A DNA stretch of 64,000 nucleotides from Lachnospiraceae bacterium. Lineage in GTDB: Bacteria > Bacillota > Clostridia > Lachnospirales > Lachnospiraceae. Positions 1 to 10,097 of this stretch are shown piece by piece (within the stretch, counting starts at the first letter, position 1; each line of letters begins with the position of its first letter). Under the pieces are notes generated by a model. That model saw nothing but the letters and a program-made list of their open reading frames with translations, was not told the DNA's origin and did no database searches. The DNA lies in assembly GCA_017399685.1 (NCBI GenBank), contig JAFQBM010000035.1, forward strand, positions 2,174 through 66,173, given 5' to 3'. Made by a program: the position numbers and the translations under genes.

Positions 1-225
1 GAATCTGAAAGTATCATACAGAATAATCTGAAAGAAATATGTAAAGGAAGAACTGTTCTGATTATTGCCCACAGACTTTCGACTTTGAAAGATGCAAAGA
101 AAATAATGGTAGTTGACAAGGGCAGTCTGGTGGAATATGATACCCATGAAAATCTGATGAGACAAAAGGGACTGTACTGTCATCTATATCAGCAACAGAA
201 AAGGGGTGATGTAGATGGAGCATAA
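1..225 (+). CDS. ABC transporter ATP-binding protein, C-terminal fragment (5' end outside the window)
   Basis: Frame-1 translation ...GRTVLIIAHRLSTLKDAKKIMVVDKGSLVEYDTHENLMRQKGLY... matches the ABC H-loop and C-terminal region. The stop at 223-225 overlaps the ATG at 215 of the HlyD-family gene. Confidence 0.8.
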   Translation, partial: ESESIIQNNLKEICKGRTVLIIAHRLSTLKDAKKIMVVDKGSLVEYDTHENLMRQKGLYCHLYQQQKRGDVDGA

Positions 226-1456
226 ATTAACGGAGTATATTTTAAAGCACAGTAAAATGAAGGACAAGGAATTAAAATATGACTTTATGCCTTCCATGCT
301 TGAAATCATAGAGCGGCCTGCTCATAAAGCCGGAACGGTAATCATATTAGGTGTATTTACTCTTTTCATTGCAGTAATCGTATGGGCATGCCTGTCTGAA
401 ATAGATGTGGTGATAACTTCAAACGGAACCATTCAGCCGGTTGGAAATGTTAATATTGTCCAGTCTTATACTGGAGGGACGGTAGAAGCGATTTATGCAA
501 CAGAAGGGGCGTATGTGGAAAAAGGAGAGGTTTTAATAGAACTGAACACCGAAAATCTTGAAATTGATGAGAGTCAACTGAAACATCAAAGGGTGGTTCT
601 GGAAACACAAGAATCCATATATCATAAGATAAGGCTGGGAGAAGATATATCTGCTATTAATATAGAAGAATATGAAGAAGAGTTGAAGCCCTATGTCCAA
701 ACAATTTTAGATACAGATACAAGTTATAAAAATACTTTAAATAATCTTGAAATAGAAAAAAGCAACATTGAGTTAAATCAACAGATTGCTGAGATTCAAC
801 TGAAAGAGTATAAAGCAAATGGAACCAAAGGTGAAATTCAAATGCAGGAACTTATGATACAGCAGTACGCACTTGCCCTAGAGCAGTCGGATTTGCAGAT
901 TGCGGATGCAAAAACTCAGTATAGTGCCCAGATTCATACCAGATTGTCAGAAATCCAAAGTCAGCTGGAGGAGCTTGATTCTAATCTTGAGAAGTACAGG
1001 ATATCGAAAGAATATCAAACCATAACAGCACCTGTCAGTGGCTATATAAATAGCATTTCTGTCAATACCATTGGGGAAACAGTAACTCAAGCCCAGCAGC
1101 TGATTACGATTGTTCCTGAACATACTCCGGTTGAAATGGTGTGCTATGTCCAAAATAAAGACATTGCTGATGTGGAAATTGGAATGGAAACGGAGATAAA
1201 ACTGGAGGCTTATCCTTATAATAAGTATGGAACTGTAAATGGGATTGTAAAGTATATTAGTCCAAGTTCGTTTACAAGTGAAGAATTAGGGAGTGTTTAC
1301 CTTGTAAAGATAGATGTGGAGGATTCCAATGAAAACATCGATATCATTTCAGGTTTGTCTGGAACAGTGGAAATAAAAACAGACAAGAGGACGGTAATGG
1401 AATACTTTATGGAGCCGGTTATTAAGGGATTTGGTGAAAGTCTAAAAGAGAAATAA
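215..1456 (+). CDS. HlyD-family secretion / membrane-fusion protein
   Basis: 413 aa. It has an N-terminal TM helix, a long coiled-coil and a C-terminal barrel motif (ITAPVSGYI...). It is coupled to the upstream ABC exporter. Confidence 0.8.
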   Translation: MEHKLTEYILKHSKMKDKELKYDFMPSMLEIIERPAHKAGTVIILGVFTLFIAVIVWACLSEIDVVITSNGTIQPVGNVNIVQSYTGGTVEAIYATEGAYVEKGEVLIELNTENLEIDESQLKHQRVVLETQESIYHKIRLGEDISAINIEEYEEELKPYVQTILDTDTSYKNTLNNLEIEKSNIELNQQIAEIQLKEYKANGTKGEIQMQELMIQQYALALEQSDLQIADAKTQYSAQIHTRLSEIQSQLEELDSNLEKYRISKEYQTITAPVSGYINSISVNTIGETVTQAQQLITIVPEHTPVEMVCYVQNKDIADVEIGMETEIKLEAYPYNKYGTVNGIVKYISPSSFTSEELGSVYLVKIDVEDSNENIDIISGLSGTVEIKTDKRTVMEYFMEPVIKGFGESLKEK

Positions 1457-1596
1457 CAAGTTGTTTTAAAATAAATACAAAAAAATATGAAATAACACTT
1501 GAAAAAACACAAAAAATAGTATAATATCTGTATAGCAAAGACAGTTGTTCGCGTAAGAAAAACAAAATGCGAAATATTGTTATATGTATGATACTA

Positions 1597-1651
1597 GGGT
1601 CAAAAGGTCATGCAATTCATGCTTGCATGAAATTGTATGACTTTGTGACCC
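1597..1651. repeat. Long imperfect hairpin in the asd leader
   Basis: GGGTCAAAAGGTCATGCAATTCATG ... ATGAAATTGTATGACTTTGTGACCC. The first 12 nt are identical to 12282-12293. Confidence 0.5.
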
Positions 1652-1802
1652 GTACAAACATGAGAAAGTAGCACGAATAGGGCGGATTTCGAATGTTTGC
1701 AGAATTACGGGAGCTTATCCAGCGAAGTAATTCTGAGTATCATAGGGACAAAATACCTTTTGCCCCAACATCATATATATTTAGAAAGAATGGAGAATTA
1801 TC

Positions 1803-2897
1803 ATGAGTGAAAAGTTAAGAGTTGGTATTCTTGGTGGTACCGGTATGGTAGGTCAAAGATTTATTGCATTATTGGAAAATCATCCTTGGTTTGAAGTTGT
1901 AACCATCGCAGCAAGCCCAAGAAGTGCAGGAAAGACATACGAAGAAGCAGTTGGTGACAGATGGAAGATGGATACACCAATGCCGGAAGCTGTTAAGAAA
2001 ATCATCGTTCATAATGTAAATGACGTAGAAGAAGTTGCAAAGACAGTTGACTTTGTATTCTCTGCAGTAGATATGACAAAAGAAGAAATCAAGGCAATTG
2101 AAGAAGCATATGCTAAGACAGAAACACCGGTTGTTTCTAATAACAGTGCCCACAGATGGACTCCTGATGTACCTATGGTAGTACCGGAAATCAATCCGGA
2201 ACACTTCGAAGTAATCAAATTCCAGAAGGAAAGATTAGGTACTAAGAGAGGTTTCGTTGCTGTAAAGCCTAATTGTTCGATTCAAAGTTATGCTCCGGCA
2301 CTTACTGCATGGAAAGAATTTGAACCAACCGTTGTAGTTGCCACTACTTATCAGGCAATTTCAGGAGCTGGTAAGAACTTTAAAGACTGGCCGGAAATGG
2401 TAGGAAATATCATTCCTTACATTGGTGGAGAAGAAGAAAAGTCTGAACAGGAACCATTAAGATTATGGGGAAAGATTGAAGACGGAGTGATTAAGAAGTC
2501 AGAAGACGGTCCTGTAATTACCTGTCAATGTATCCGTGTTCCTGTATTAAACGGACATACCGCAGCAGCTTTCGTATCCTTTAAGAAGAAACCAACAAAG
2601 GAACAATTAATTGAAAAATTAGTAAATTTCAAAGGATTACCACAGGAATTAGAATTACCAAGTGCGCCAAAGCAGTTTATCCAATACTTAGAAGAAGATA
2701 ACCGTCCACAGGTTGCATTGGATGTAGATTATGAAAGAGGTATGGGTGTATCCATCGGACGTTTAAGAGAAGATGCAGTATATGACTTTAAGTTCGTAGG
2801 ATTATCTCACAATACCGTTCGTGGTGCAGCAGGTGGTGCTGTATTATGTGCTGAATTATTAAAGGCTCAGGGATATATCACAGCAAAGGAAGACTAA
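1803..2897 (+). CDS. asd: aspartate-semialdehyde dehydrogenase
   Basis: N-terminal Rossmann motif VGILGGTGMVGQRF, active-site region PNCSIQ, 364 aa. The RBS GGAGA lies upstream. Confidence 0.9.
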   Translation: MSEKLRVGILGGTGMVGQRFIALLENHPWFEVVTIAASPRSAGKTYEEAVGDRWKMDTPMPEAVKKIIVHNVNDVEEVAKTVDFVFSAVDMTKEEIKAIEEAYAKTETPVVSNNSAHRWTPDVPMVVPEINPEHFEVIKFQKERLGTKRGFVAVKPNCSIQSYAPALTAWKEFEPTVVVATTYQAISGAGKNFKDWPEMVGNIIPYIGGEEEKSEQEPLRLWGKIEDGVIKKSEDGPVITCQCIRVPVLNGHTAAAFVSFKKKPTKEQLIEKLVNFKGLPQELELPSAPKQFIQYLEEDNRPQVALDVDYERGMGVSIGRLREDAVYDFKFVGLSHNTVRGAAGGAVLCAELLKAQGYITAKED

Positions 2898-3159
2898 TGA
2901 TTAGAACTTGCAGGAATTGTATCACCACATAGCAGTTTCTGTTATTAGTGAATGGTAAGATTTATTCTGAACGATTACAGATTATGAATAAAATTAAGAA
3001 AGAACCTGGAAGGGAAAACAGAAAAAGGTAAGATTTTCTGGCTTTTATCTTTCGGGTTCTTTTTTGATTTTCGAAGTAGTGAGATAATTGCGTTGTTTTT
3101 TTGTCTGTTTTGGTGTAAAATATAAATAATTAGTTCGTATGAAGAGAGGAGATAAAATC

Positions 3160-5385
3160 ATGGGCAAGATGACAGAATATATTAATTGGAGCGAGGTAGA
3201 AGCCTTAGTCGAAACAAAACACGACAATCCTCATCATATTTTGGGACCACACGAGGTAAAAGAAGGAATCTTATATAATGTGTATTTTCCAGATGCAGTG
3301 GGCATGGAAATCGTGGATGATATTAATGGACGGGTATTCGGATTATGCAGAACGAAGGTAAAAGGATTCTTTAGCGGAATTATCAAAGAAAAGAAATGGG
3401 CGGCATACCGTTTGAGAGCCTTTTTTGAGGATCAGAGTACTTATGAATACTTAGATCCATATGCTTTTGAGCCAATCATGGATTCCATGGATGTAAACCG
3501 TTTTAATGCAGGAATTCACTACGAAGTGTATGAATGTCTGGGAGCACATCATAGAATTATTGGACAGACAGAAGGTGTCGTATTTGCTGTCTGGGCACCG
3601 AATGCACAAAGAGTCAGTGTAGTGGGAGATTTTAATAATTGGGATGGAAGAAGACATCCTATGAGACGATTAGAATATTCCGGTATATATGAAATATTTA
3701 TCCCAGGAGTTAAAATTGGAGATATTTATAAGTTTGAAATTAAGACCAGAGAAGGTAATATTTTAATCAAAGCAGACCCTTATGCAAATCAGGCAGAATT
3801 AAGACCGAATACAGCTTCCAAAGTAGCTAATTTATATTATGACTGGAACGACCAGGAATGGATGAAGAAGAGAAATAAAGTCCAGGCGAAAGACAAACCA
3901 ATGTTTATTTACGAGATGCATTTAGGTTCCTGGAAAAGACCGAAAGATGGTAGAGAATTCTATAATTACAGGGAAATCGCTCCTTTATTGGTGGAATACA
4001 TTCAGGAAATGGGATATACCCATGTGGAATTTATGCCTGTAATGGAACACCCATTTGACCCTTCCTGGGGATATCAGGTAACAGGATATTATGCACCTAC
4101 TTCCCGTTATGGAGAGCCAAAGGATTTTATGTATCTGATTGAATACCTTCATAAAAATGAAATCGGTGTGATTTTAGACTGGGTGCCGGCACATTTTCCA
4201 AAGGATTCCCATGCACTAGGAAGATTTGATGGAACGGCACTTTACGAACATCAGGACCCAAGACAGGGCGAACATCCACATTGGGGAACTTACATTTTTA
4301 ATTATGGAAGAAATGAAGTAAAAAACTTTTTAATTTCCAATGCTTTGTTCTGGGCAGAGAAATATCATATTGATGGAATTCGTATCGATGCAGTTGCTTC
4401 TATGTTATATCTGGATTATGGACGGGAAGAAGGACAATGGATTCCAAACATGTATGGAGATCATGATAACTTAGAAGCCATTGAATTTTTAAAGCATTTA
4501 AATTCTGTGATGCATGAGAAATTTGAAGATGTAATCATGATTGCAGAAGAATCTACAGCATGGCCGATGCTAACCCATGATTTGGACAAAGGTGGTATCG
4601 GATTCAATTATAAATGGAATATGGGATGGATGAATGATTTCATTAATTATATGCGACAGGACCCATTGTTCCGTAAGTATCATCATGGAGAATTAACTTT
4701 TAGTATGGTATATGCCTATAGTGAAGACTTTGTATTGGTTCTTTCCCATGATGAGGTGGTACATGGAAAAGGCTCTATGGTAAATAAAATGCCAGGCGGT
4801 TACTATGAAAAATTTGCGAATTTAAGAGCCTTCTATGGATTTATGATGACCCACCCTGGAAAGAAGTTATTGTTCATGGGACAAGACATTGCACAGTTTG
4901 ATGAATGGAACGAAAGCACCAGTATTGAATGGAATTTATTGGAATTTGATTCCCATATACAGATGAAGCAATATGTGAAGGCGTTGAACACTTTATATCG
5001 TCAGGAACCGGCACTTTACGAACTGGATCATTCACCGGAGGGATTCCAGTGGATTAACTGTATTTCTGCCAATGAAAGTATTGTTATCTTCCAAAGAATG
5101 AGCAAAGACGAAAAAGATACCTTAGTGGTGGTTTGTAATTTTACACCAGTAAGTTATGAAAATCATAAAATCGGAGTACCTTACAGAGGAAAATACAAAG
5201 AAATCTTTAACAGTGATGCTATGGAATTTGGCGGTTCTGATTGTTTGAACACCACACTAAAACAGACGAAAAAAGAAGAATGTGATGGAAGAGAAAATTC
5301 TATCCGGATTAATGTTGCACCATTTGGTGTGCAGGTATTTAAGATGGTTCCTCCAGCGGCAAAGAAGTCCAAAAAGGAAGAATAA
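3160..5385 (+). CDS. glgB: 1,4-alpha-glucan branching enzyme
   Basis: GH13 motifs are visible (DWVPAHF, GIRIDAVASMLY, IAEEST, LSHDEV). I prefer the ATG at 3160 because GAGGAG lies 8 nt upstream; the ORF track starts at 3139. Confidence 0.9.
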   Translation: MGKMTEYINWSEVEALVETKHDNPHHILGPHEVKEGILYNVYFPDAVGMEIVDDINGRVFGLCRTKVKGFFSGIIKEKKWAAYRLRAFFEDQSTYEYLDPYAFEPIMDSMDVNRFNAGIHYEVYECLGAHHRIIGQTEGVVFAVWAPNAQRVSVVGDFNNWDGRRHPMRRLEYSGIYEIFIPGVKIGDIYKFEIKTREGNILIKADPYANQAELRPNTASKVANLYYDWNDQEWMKKRNKVQAKDKPMFIYEMHLGSWKRPKDGREFYNYREIAPLLVEYIQEMGYTHVEFMPVMEHPFDPSWGYQVTGYYAPTSRYGEPKDFMYLIEYLHKNEIGVILDWVPAHFPKDSHALGRFDGTALYEHQDPRQGEHPHWGTYIFNYGRNEVKNFLISNALFWAEKYHIDGIRIDAVASMLYLDYGREEGQWIPNMYGDHDNLEAIEFLKHLNSVMHEKFEDVIMIAEESTAWPMLTHDLDKGGIGFNYKWNMGWMNDFINYMRQDPLFRKYHHGELTFSMVYAYSEDFVLVLSHDEVVHGKGSMVNKMPGGYYEKFANLRAFYGFMMTHPGKKLLFMGQDIAQFDEWNESTSIEWNLLEFDSHIQMKQYVKALNTLYRQEPALYELDHSPEGFQWINCISANESIVIFQRMSKDEKDTLVVVCNFTPVSYENHKIGVPYRGKYKEIFNSDAMEFGGSDCLNTTLKQTKKEECDGRENSIRINVAPFGVQVFKMVPPAAKKSKKEE

Positions 5386-5522
5386 AAAATAGGATTCTTA
5401 TGTGAACGACATGGAATAACTTAGCAAGCGGATTTATGATGTTAAGTATGGCAGTGAATCACTAAGGGGATAAATTAGGGTTAAAGGAAACGAAAGATTT
5501 GTAGATTAAGGCGGTGCAGAGA

Positions 5523-6161
5523 ATGAGCGAGAAAGAGATTTCGTCTGCAGTCATCAAGCGGTTACCCAGATATTACCGGTATCTGGGGGAACTGCTTCGA
5601 AATAATGTAGACCGAATTTCCTCACAGGAACTAAGCAAAAAAATGAATGTAACTGCGTCCCAGATACGACAGGATTTAAATAATTTTGGAGGATTTGGAC
5701 AACAGGGATATGGGTATAATGTAGAATATCTACATACAGAAATCGCGAAGATTCTTGGATTAGACCAGGAAAACAAGTTAATCATTGTAGGTGCCGGTAA
5801 TTTAGGACAGGCGCTTGCAAATTATGACTTTTCCAAAAAAGGATTCCGGATTATAGGGATATTTGATATCAATGAAGAGGTCATTGGAAAAGAAATTGGC
5901 GGACTGGTTGTGCAGCATATAGATAAGATGAAAGAAGTTGTGGAAGAAAACGGAGTGAATATGGCAGCATTGACCGTCCCCAAAACGGCAGCTAAGGGAA
6001 TTGCTAAAAGCTTGGTAGAGTATGGAATTAGGGCCTTTTGGAATTTTGCTTCTATAGATTTGCAGCTTTCAAAAGAAGAGGTAGTAGTGGAGAATGTACA
6101 TCTGGCAGAAAGTTTAATGCGTTTATCCTATAATGTAAACAAGCAAAGGAACAAGGAGTGA
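5523..6161 (+). CDS. rex: redox-sensing transcriptional repressor Rex
   Basis: KRLPRYYRYL winged-helix motif followed by the GAGNLGQAL Rossmann motif. The start could instead be the GTG at 5514. Confidence 0.85.
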   Translation: MSEKEISSAVIKRLPRYYRYLGELLRNNVDRISSQELSKKMNVTASQIRQDLNNFGGFGQQGYGYNVEYLHTEIAKILGLDQENKLIIVGAGNLGQALANYDFSKKGFRIIGIFDINEEVIGKEIGGLVVQHIDKMKEVVEENGVNMAALTVPKTAAKGIAKSLVEYGIRAFWNFASIDLQLSKEEVVVENVHLAESLMRLSYNVNKQRNKE

Positions 6162-6168
6162 TTTTTTA

Positions 6169-6759
6169 ATGGCAAAGAAGAAAACATTTTCTTATGAAGA
6201 AATACGGGAATTATTTGCCGGTTCCAGTGTTCCTTTGGTTACTGTAGATAAGCGGTGGCATGAACTTTTTCCGGAAAAATATAAGACTTCAAAAATCAAA
6301 ACCTTAGAGTCCAATGTAAAGTCCCTTGTAAAGAAACAGGGAAAACTGGTAAATGAGAATAAGGATTTAAAACGTGCCAAGAAAAAGCTGATGAGTGACA
6401 TTGTAAAAAATATGGAAGATGCCCAGAATCCGGTGATAAAAAAAGGTAAAAAACTCATGGAGGAACTGAATGAGAAGATTATTGCCAATGAAGATGAACT
6501 GGCAAAGATACCTTATGAGTTACGGGAAGCCAACGAGGAACTTATGGCATATTCCATGTTGGAATGTTATGAAAGAATGGTGGAAAACCGGGAAAAAATT
6601 GATAAAATCAAAGTATGGATGGATGACGTGAAGGAGCAGGTAAAGGAGAAAAAAGTAAAACAGCTTATGCTGGAAGAAGATACACAAAAGATTTATTCTT
6701 ACCTGCATGATTTGGTAGGTCCGGAAGCCATGAACCGCTTTGACAAGGATAGAAAATAG
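6169..6759 (+). CDS. hypothetical coiled-coil protein
   Basis: 196-aa lysine/glutamate-rich ORF packed tightly between rex and acpS. I recognise no family. Confidence 0.5.
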   Translation: MAKKKTFSYEEIRELFAGSSVPLVTVDKRWHELFPEKYKTSKIKTLESNVKSLVKKQGKLVNENKDLKRAKKKLMSDIVKNMEDAQNPVIKKGKKLMEELNEKIIANEDELAKIPYELREANEELMAYSMLECYERMVENREKIDKIKVWMDDVKEQVKEKKVKQLMLEEDTQKIYSYLHDLVGPEAMNRFDKDRK

Positions 6760-6843
6760 ACGTATAAATATGAAGTCTGGCTATGATGGTGGCAGTTTAC
6801 AAAATATGCTATGAATCATGGAAGATTTGGAACGGAGGTCAGG

Positions 6844-7209
6844 ATGATTATAGGTGTTGGAACAGATATGATAGAAATCAGCCGTGTGAAGAGTGCTTAT
6901 GAGAATCCCTCTTTTCGTAAAAAATATTTTACTGTTTTAGAGCAGGAGTGCATTGGGGAGTCTTTTGCAAAAGCTGCAGGAAATTTTGCAGTGAAAGAGG
7001 CAGTGTCAAAAGTATTTGGAACAGGTTTTTCCGGTTTCTCTCTCATAGATATCGAGGTATTAAGGGATGAAAAAGGAAAACCATTCGTAAATCTGTATCA
7101 TGGTGCAAAAGACATGGCGAAAAAGCTGGAAGTGGCAAATATTCAGGTATCTATCAGTAATACCAAAGAGTTTGCCATTGCGTATGCAATAGGAGAAAGT
7201 TTAAAATGA
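6844..7209 (+). CDS. acpS: holo-[acyl-carrier-protein] synthase
   Basis: MIIGVGTDMIEISRV N-terminus typical of AcpS. The start was moved to the internal ATG at 6844. Confidence 0.85.
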   Translation: MIIGVGTDMIEISRVKSAYENPSFRKKYFTVLEQECIGESFAKAAGNFAVKEAVSKVFGTGFSGFSLIDIEVLRDEKGKPFVNLYHGAKDMAKKLEVANIQVSISNTKEFAIAYAIGESLK

Positions 7210-8714
7210 AATGTATTGTAGATAGAGAACAAATGGCTCAAATTGATGAATATAGTATAAAAGCAGTGGGGATTCCATCCATGGTATTGATGGAACGCGC
7301 TGCTTTCTCTGTTTTAGAGCAAATCAGAAACAGATTTAAGGCAGATATGTCGGTTTTGATTGTGGTAGAAAGTGGAAATAATGGGGCAGACGGACTGGCA
7401 CTTGCCCGGATGTTGTTTTTAGAAAAAATCCAGGTAGAAGTATACTATATTCATGGGTTGACAAAAGAAAGCAATGAATTTATGTTGCAAAGCCATGTTT
7501 TAAAGAATATGGGAGTTGAAATAAAAGAAGAACTGGATACGAAGAAATCCTATGATATGATTATAGATGGAATCTTTGGAAATGGTCTTTCAAAACCGGT
7601 AAGGGGAATTCATGAATCCGTTTTGGAAAAGATAAACCATATGCCGGGAGATAAAATTGCCATCGATATGCCTACGGGAGTGGATGCTTCTACGGGGAAA
7701 ATTCTTGGAACCTGCTTTAAAGCAGACTTAACCGTTACTTTTGGATATTATAAAATCGGTCAATTGCTTTATCCGGGAAGACAGCATTGTGGTGAAGTGG
7801 TGGTAACACAGATTGGCTTTGCTCCCAGGGCTGTTTCTTTCTTAGAGAAAAAAGCATTTATGTATGAAGAATCTGATTTGCAAAGGCTGCCAAAACGGAG
7901 ACCAGATGGAAATAAAGGTAGTTTTGGAAAGGTAGCTGTCATTGCGGGCAGTAAGGACATGGCAGGAGCCGTTTATTTTTCCGCTCACAGTGCTTATGTT
8001 ACAGGGGCTGGATTGGTAAAAGTATTCACTCATGAAAACAACAAGGGGATGTTGCAAAGTAATATTCCTGAAGTGTTGATAGAAACTTATTCTGACGAAA
8101 TGGAAGAAAATCATTTTACCGGGCTGGGTGAAAAAATAAAAAATATTTATGACTGGGCAGATGCGGTGATTTTAGGACCGGGACTTGGGAAAAATAAGAT
8201 TTCCTATGAAATTGTCCATGCATGCATGAACAATATCACAAAACCTACGGTGATAGATGCAGATGCCATTAATATTTTAAGTGAGTTTCCAATGTGGATA
8301 CCTGCAGGAAAACCCATGATTTTTACACCTCATTTAATGGAACTTTCCCGTATTTCAGGCATTACCCTGGAGCAAATCAAAGAAGACATTATTTCTGTGG
8401 CAAGACAGATGGCAGAAAAATATTCCTGTGTTTTTATTTGCAAAGATGCCTCCACGGTGGTGGCAGATTACGAAAATCAAACATATATTAATGTATCAGG
8501 AAATCATGGAATGGCAACAGGAGGTTCTGGTGATGTTTTAACCGGAATTTTAGGAGGATTGCTGGCACAGGGAATGGATAGAAAAGAGGCAGCAGGCTTA
8601 GGTGTTTATCTCCATGGATTGGCGGGGGATGAAGCTGTAAAAAATGTAGGTTTCTATGGACTAATCGCAAGAGATTTGATACAATACATTCCGAAGGTAA
8701 TGATGAAGTGTTAA
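7206..8714 (+). CDS. nnr: bifunctional NAD(P)H-hydrate epimerase/dehydratase
   Basis: 502 aa. It has an N-terminal YjeF_N-like domain (GNNGADG) and a C-terminal carbohydrate-kinase-like domain (GSGDVLTG). It overlaps the acpS stop by 4 nt. Confidence 0.85.
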   Translation: MKCIVDREQMAQIDEYSIKAVGIPSMVLMERAAFSVLEQIRNRFKADMSVLIVVESGNNGADGLALARMLFLEKIQVEVYYIHGLTKESNEFMLQSHVLKNMGVEIKEELDTKKSYDMIIDGIFGNGLSKPVRGIHESVLEKINHMPGDKIAIDMPTGVDASTGKILGTCFKADLTVTFGYYKIGQLLYPGRQHCGEVVVTQIGFAPRAVSFLEKKAFMYEESDLQRLPKRRPDGNKGSFGKVAVIAGSKDMAGAVYFSAHSAYVTGAGLVKVFTHENNKGMLQSNIPEVLIETYSDEMEENHFTGLGEKIKNIYDWADAVILGPGLGKNKISYEIVHACMNNITKPTVIDADAINILSEFPMWIPAGKPMIFTPHLMELSRISGITLEQIKEDIISVARQMAEKYSCVFICKDASTVVADYENQTYINVSGNHGMATGGSGDVLTGILGGLLAQGMDRKEAAGLGVYLHGLAGDEAVKNVGFYGLIARDLIQYIPKVMMKC

Positions 8715-8848
8715 AATTTTTGTAATGATTTTGGGCAAAGCAGAATAATGATAAAAAATTTTTAAATTTTACTCGTATACATCCAAATTATTTTGGCGAT
8801 ACTAAAGATAAGAAAAGTGAACCAAAAATTATAGGATGGAGTGAGATT

Positions 8849-9196
8849 ATGACTGTAAAACGTGGAGATATTTATTATGCAGATTTAAGACCGGTGGTAG
8901 GTTCGGAACAAGGAGGAATCCGGCCGGTGTTAATCATACAAAATGAAACTGGAAACAAACACAGTCCAACCGTGATTTGTGCAGCCATTACCAGTAAGAT
9001 GAATAAGGCGAAACTGCCAACCCATGTTGAATTGGATTCTTCAAAATATAGTATTATGAAGAATTCCGTGGTGTTATTAGAACAGGTTAGAACCATTGAT
9101 AAAAGACGATTAAAAGAAAAGGTTTGTCATTTAGATAATGAAATTATTGAAGAGGTAAACCATGCGTTGTTAATCAGTTTAGATTTGGCTACATAA
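8849..9196 (+). CDS. mazF: MazF/EndoA-type endoribonuclease toxin
   Basis: [32 protein letters not shown]... is the canonical PemK/MazF N-terminus. 115 aa. Confidence 0.85.
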   Translation: MTVKRGDIYYADLRPVVGSEQGGIRPVLIIQNETGNKHSPTVICAAITSKMNKAKLPTHVELDSSKYSIMKNSVVLLEQVRTIDKRRLKEKVCHLDNEIIEEVNHALLISLDLAT

Positions 9197-9218
9197 GAAA
9201 AGGAAGGGAAAAGGATTT

Positions 9219-10064
9219 ATGGCAAAAGGTGGGCCCAAGCAGAGAAAAGGGTTATTTTCAATTTTTAATAATGAAATAGATGAAGAACAGGTGGAAGAAG
9301 AAATCATTTCCATGGTAAATGAAGGTCATGAACAGGGCTTAATTGAAACAGATGAGATGGAAATGATTTCCAATGTGTTCGAATTTGGTGACAAAGAAGC
9401 AAAAGATATTATGGTGATACGAAAGAAAATTGTTGCCATCGAGGCTGACATGGAATTAGAAGCAGCCATTCGTTTTATGTTGGAAGAAAACTATTCCAGA
9501 TATCCGGTTTATGAGAATGATTTAGACCATGTCATTGGTGTATTGTATTTTAAGGACGCTATGAGAGCATATATGAATAAAGAAGGAAATGTGGTGCGAA
9601 AAATCATCCGAACTCCTTTTTTTGTTCATAATACCCAAAGCATCAGTAAGCTGTTTAGCCAGATGCAGTCCAAAAAGATTCATATGGCGATAGTGCTGGA
9701 TGAATATGGACAAACAGATGGTATTGTTGCCATGGAAGATATTTTAGAAGTTGTAGTAGGTAATATTCTGGATGAATACGATGAAGAAGAAAAGAATATT
9801 TTTTATCAGGAAAAAGAAGATTCTTATTTGATGAAGGGCATGACCAGATTAGAAGAAATAGAAGATTTACTACATATTTCTTTTCCGGAAGTGGATGTGG
9901 ATACTTTGAATGGATTTTTAATTCATGAAATGGGAAGACTTCCAAAGGCAAAAGAGCAGGTGGAAGTAAAGTATGGCGGGTATCGTTTTATTACAGTGGA
10001 TGTACAGGATAATATGATTACCCAGGCCAAGGTAATAAAAGAAGAAACAAAAGATGAAGAGTAA
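9219..10064 (+). CDS. CBS-pair / CorC_HlyC domain protein (no DUF21 membrane domain)
   Basis: The layout is a CBS pair followed by a transporter-associated C-terminal domain (GFLIHEMGRLP). 281 aa. Confidence 0.7.
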   Translation: MAKGGPKQRKGLFSIFNNEIDEEQVEEEIISMVNEGHEQGLIETDEMEMISNVFEFGDKEAKDIMVIRKKIVAIEADMELEAAIRFMLEENYSRYPVYENDLDHVIGVLYFKDAMRAYMNKEGNVVRKIIRTPFFVHNTQSISKLFSQMQSKKIHMAIVLDEYGQTDGIVAMEDILEVVVGNILDEYDEEEKNIFYQEKEDSYLMKGMTRLEEIEDLLHISFPEVDVDTLNGFLIHEMGRLPKAKEQVEVKYGGYRFITVDVQDNMITQAKVIKEETKDEE

Positions 10065-10097
10065 GGAGAAATTTTGATTTTTACATGGGGAAAAAAT

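Noticed and set aside
1457-1802. Possible lysine riboswitch or T-box upstream of asd.
   Set aside because: I could not find the L-box conserved core or the T-box (AANNNGGGTGGTACCGCG-like) sequence. It is reported only as a structured leader of unknown type.
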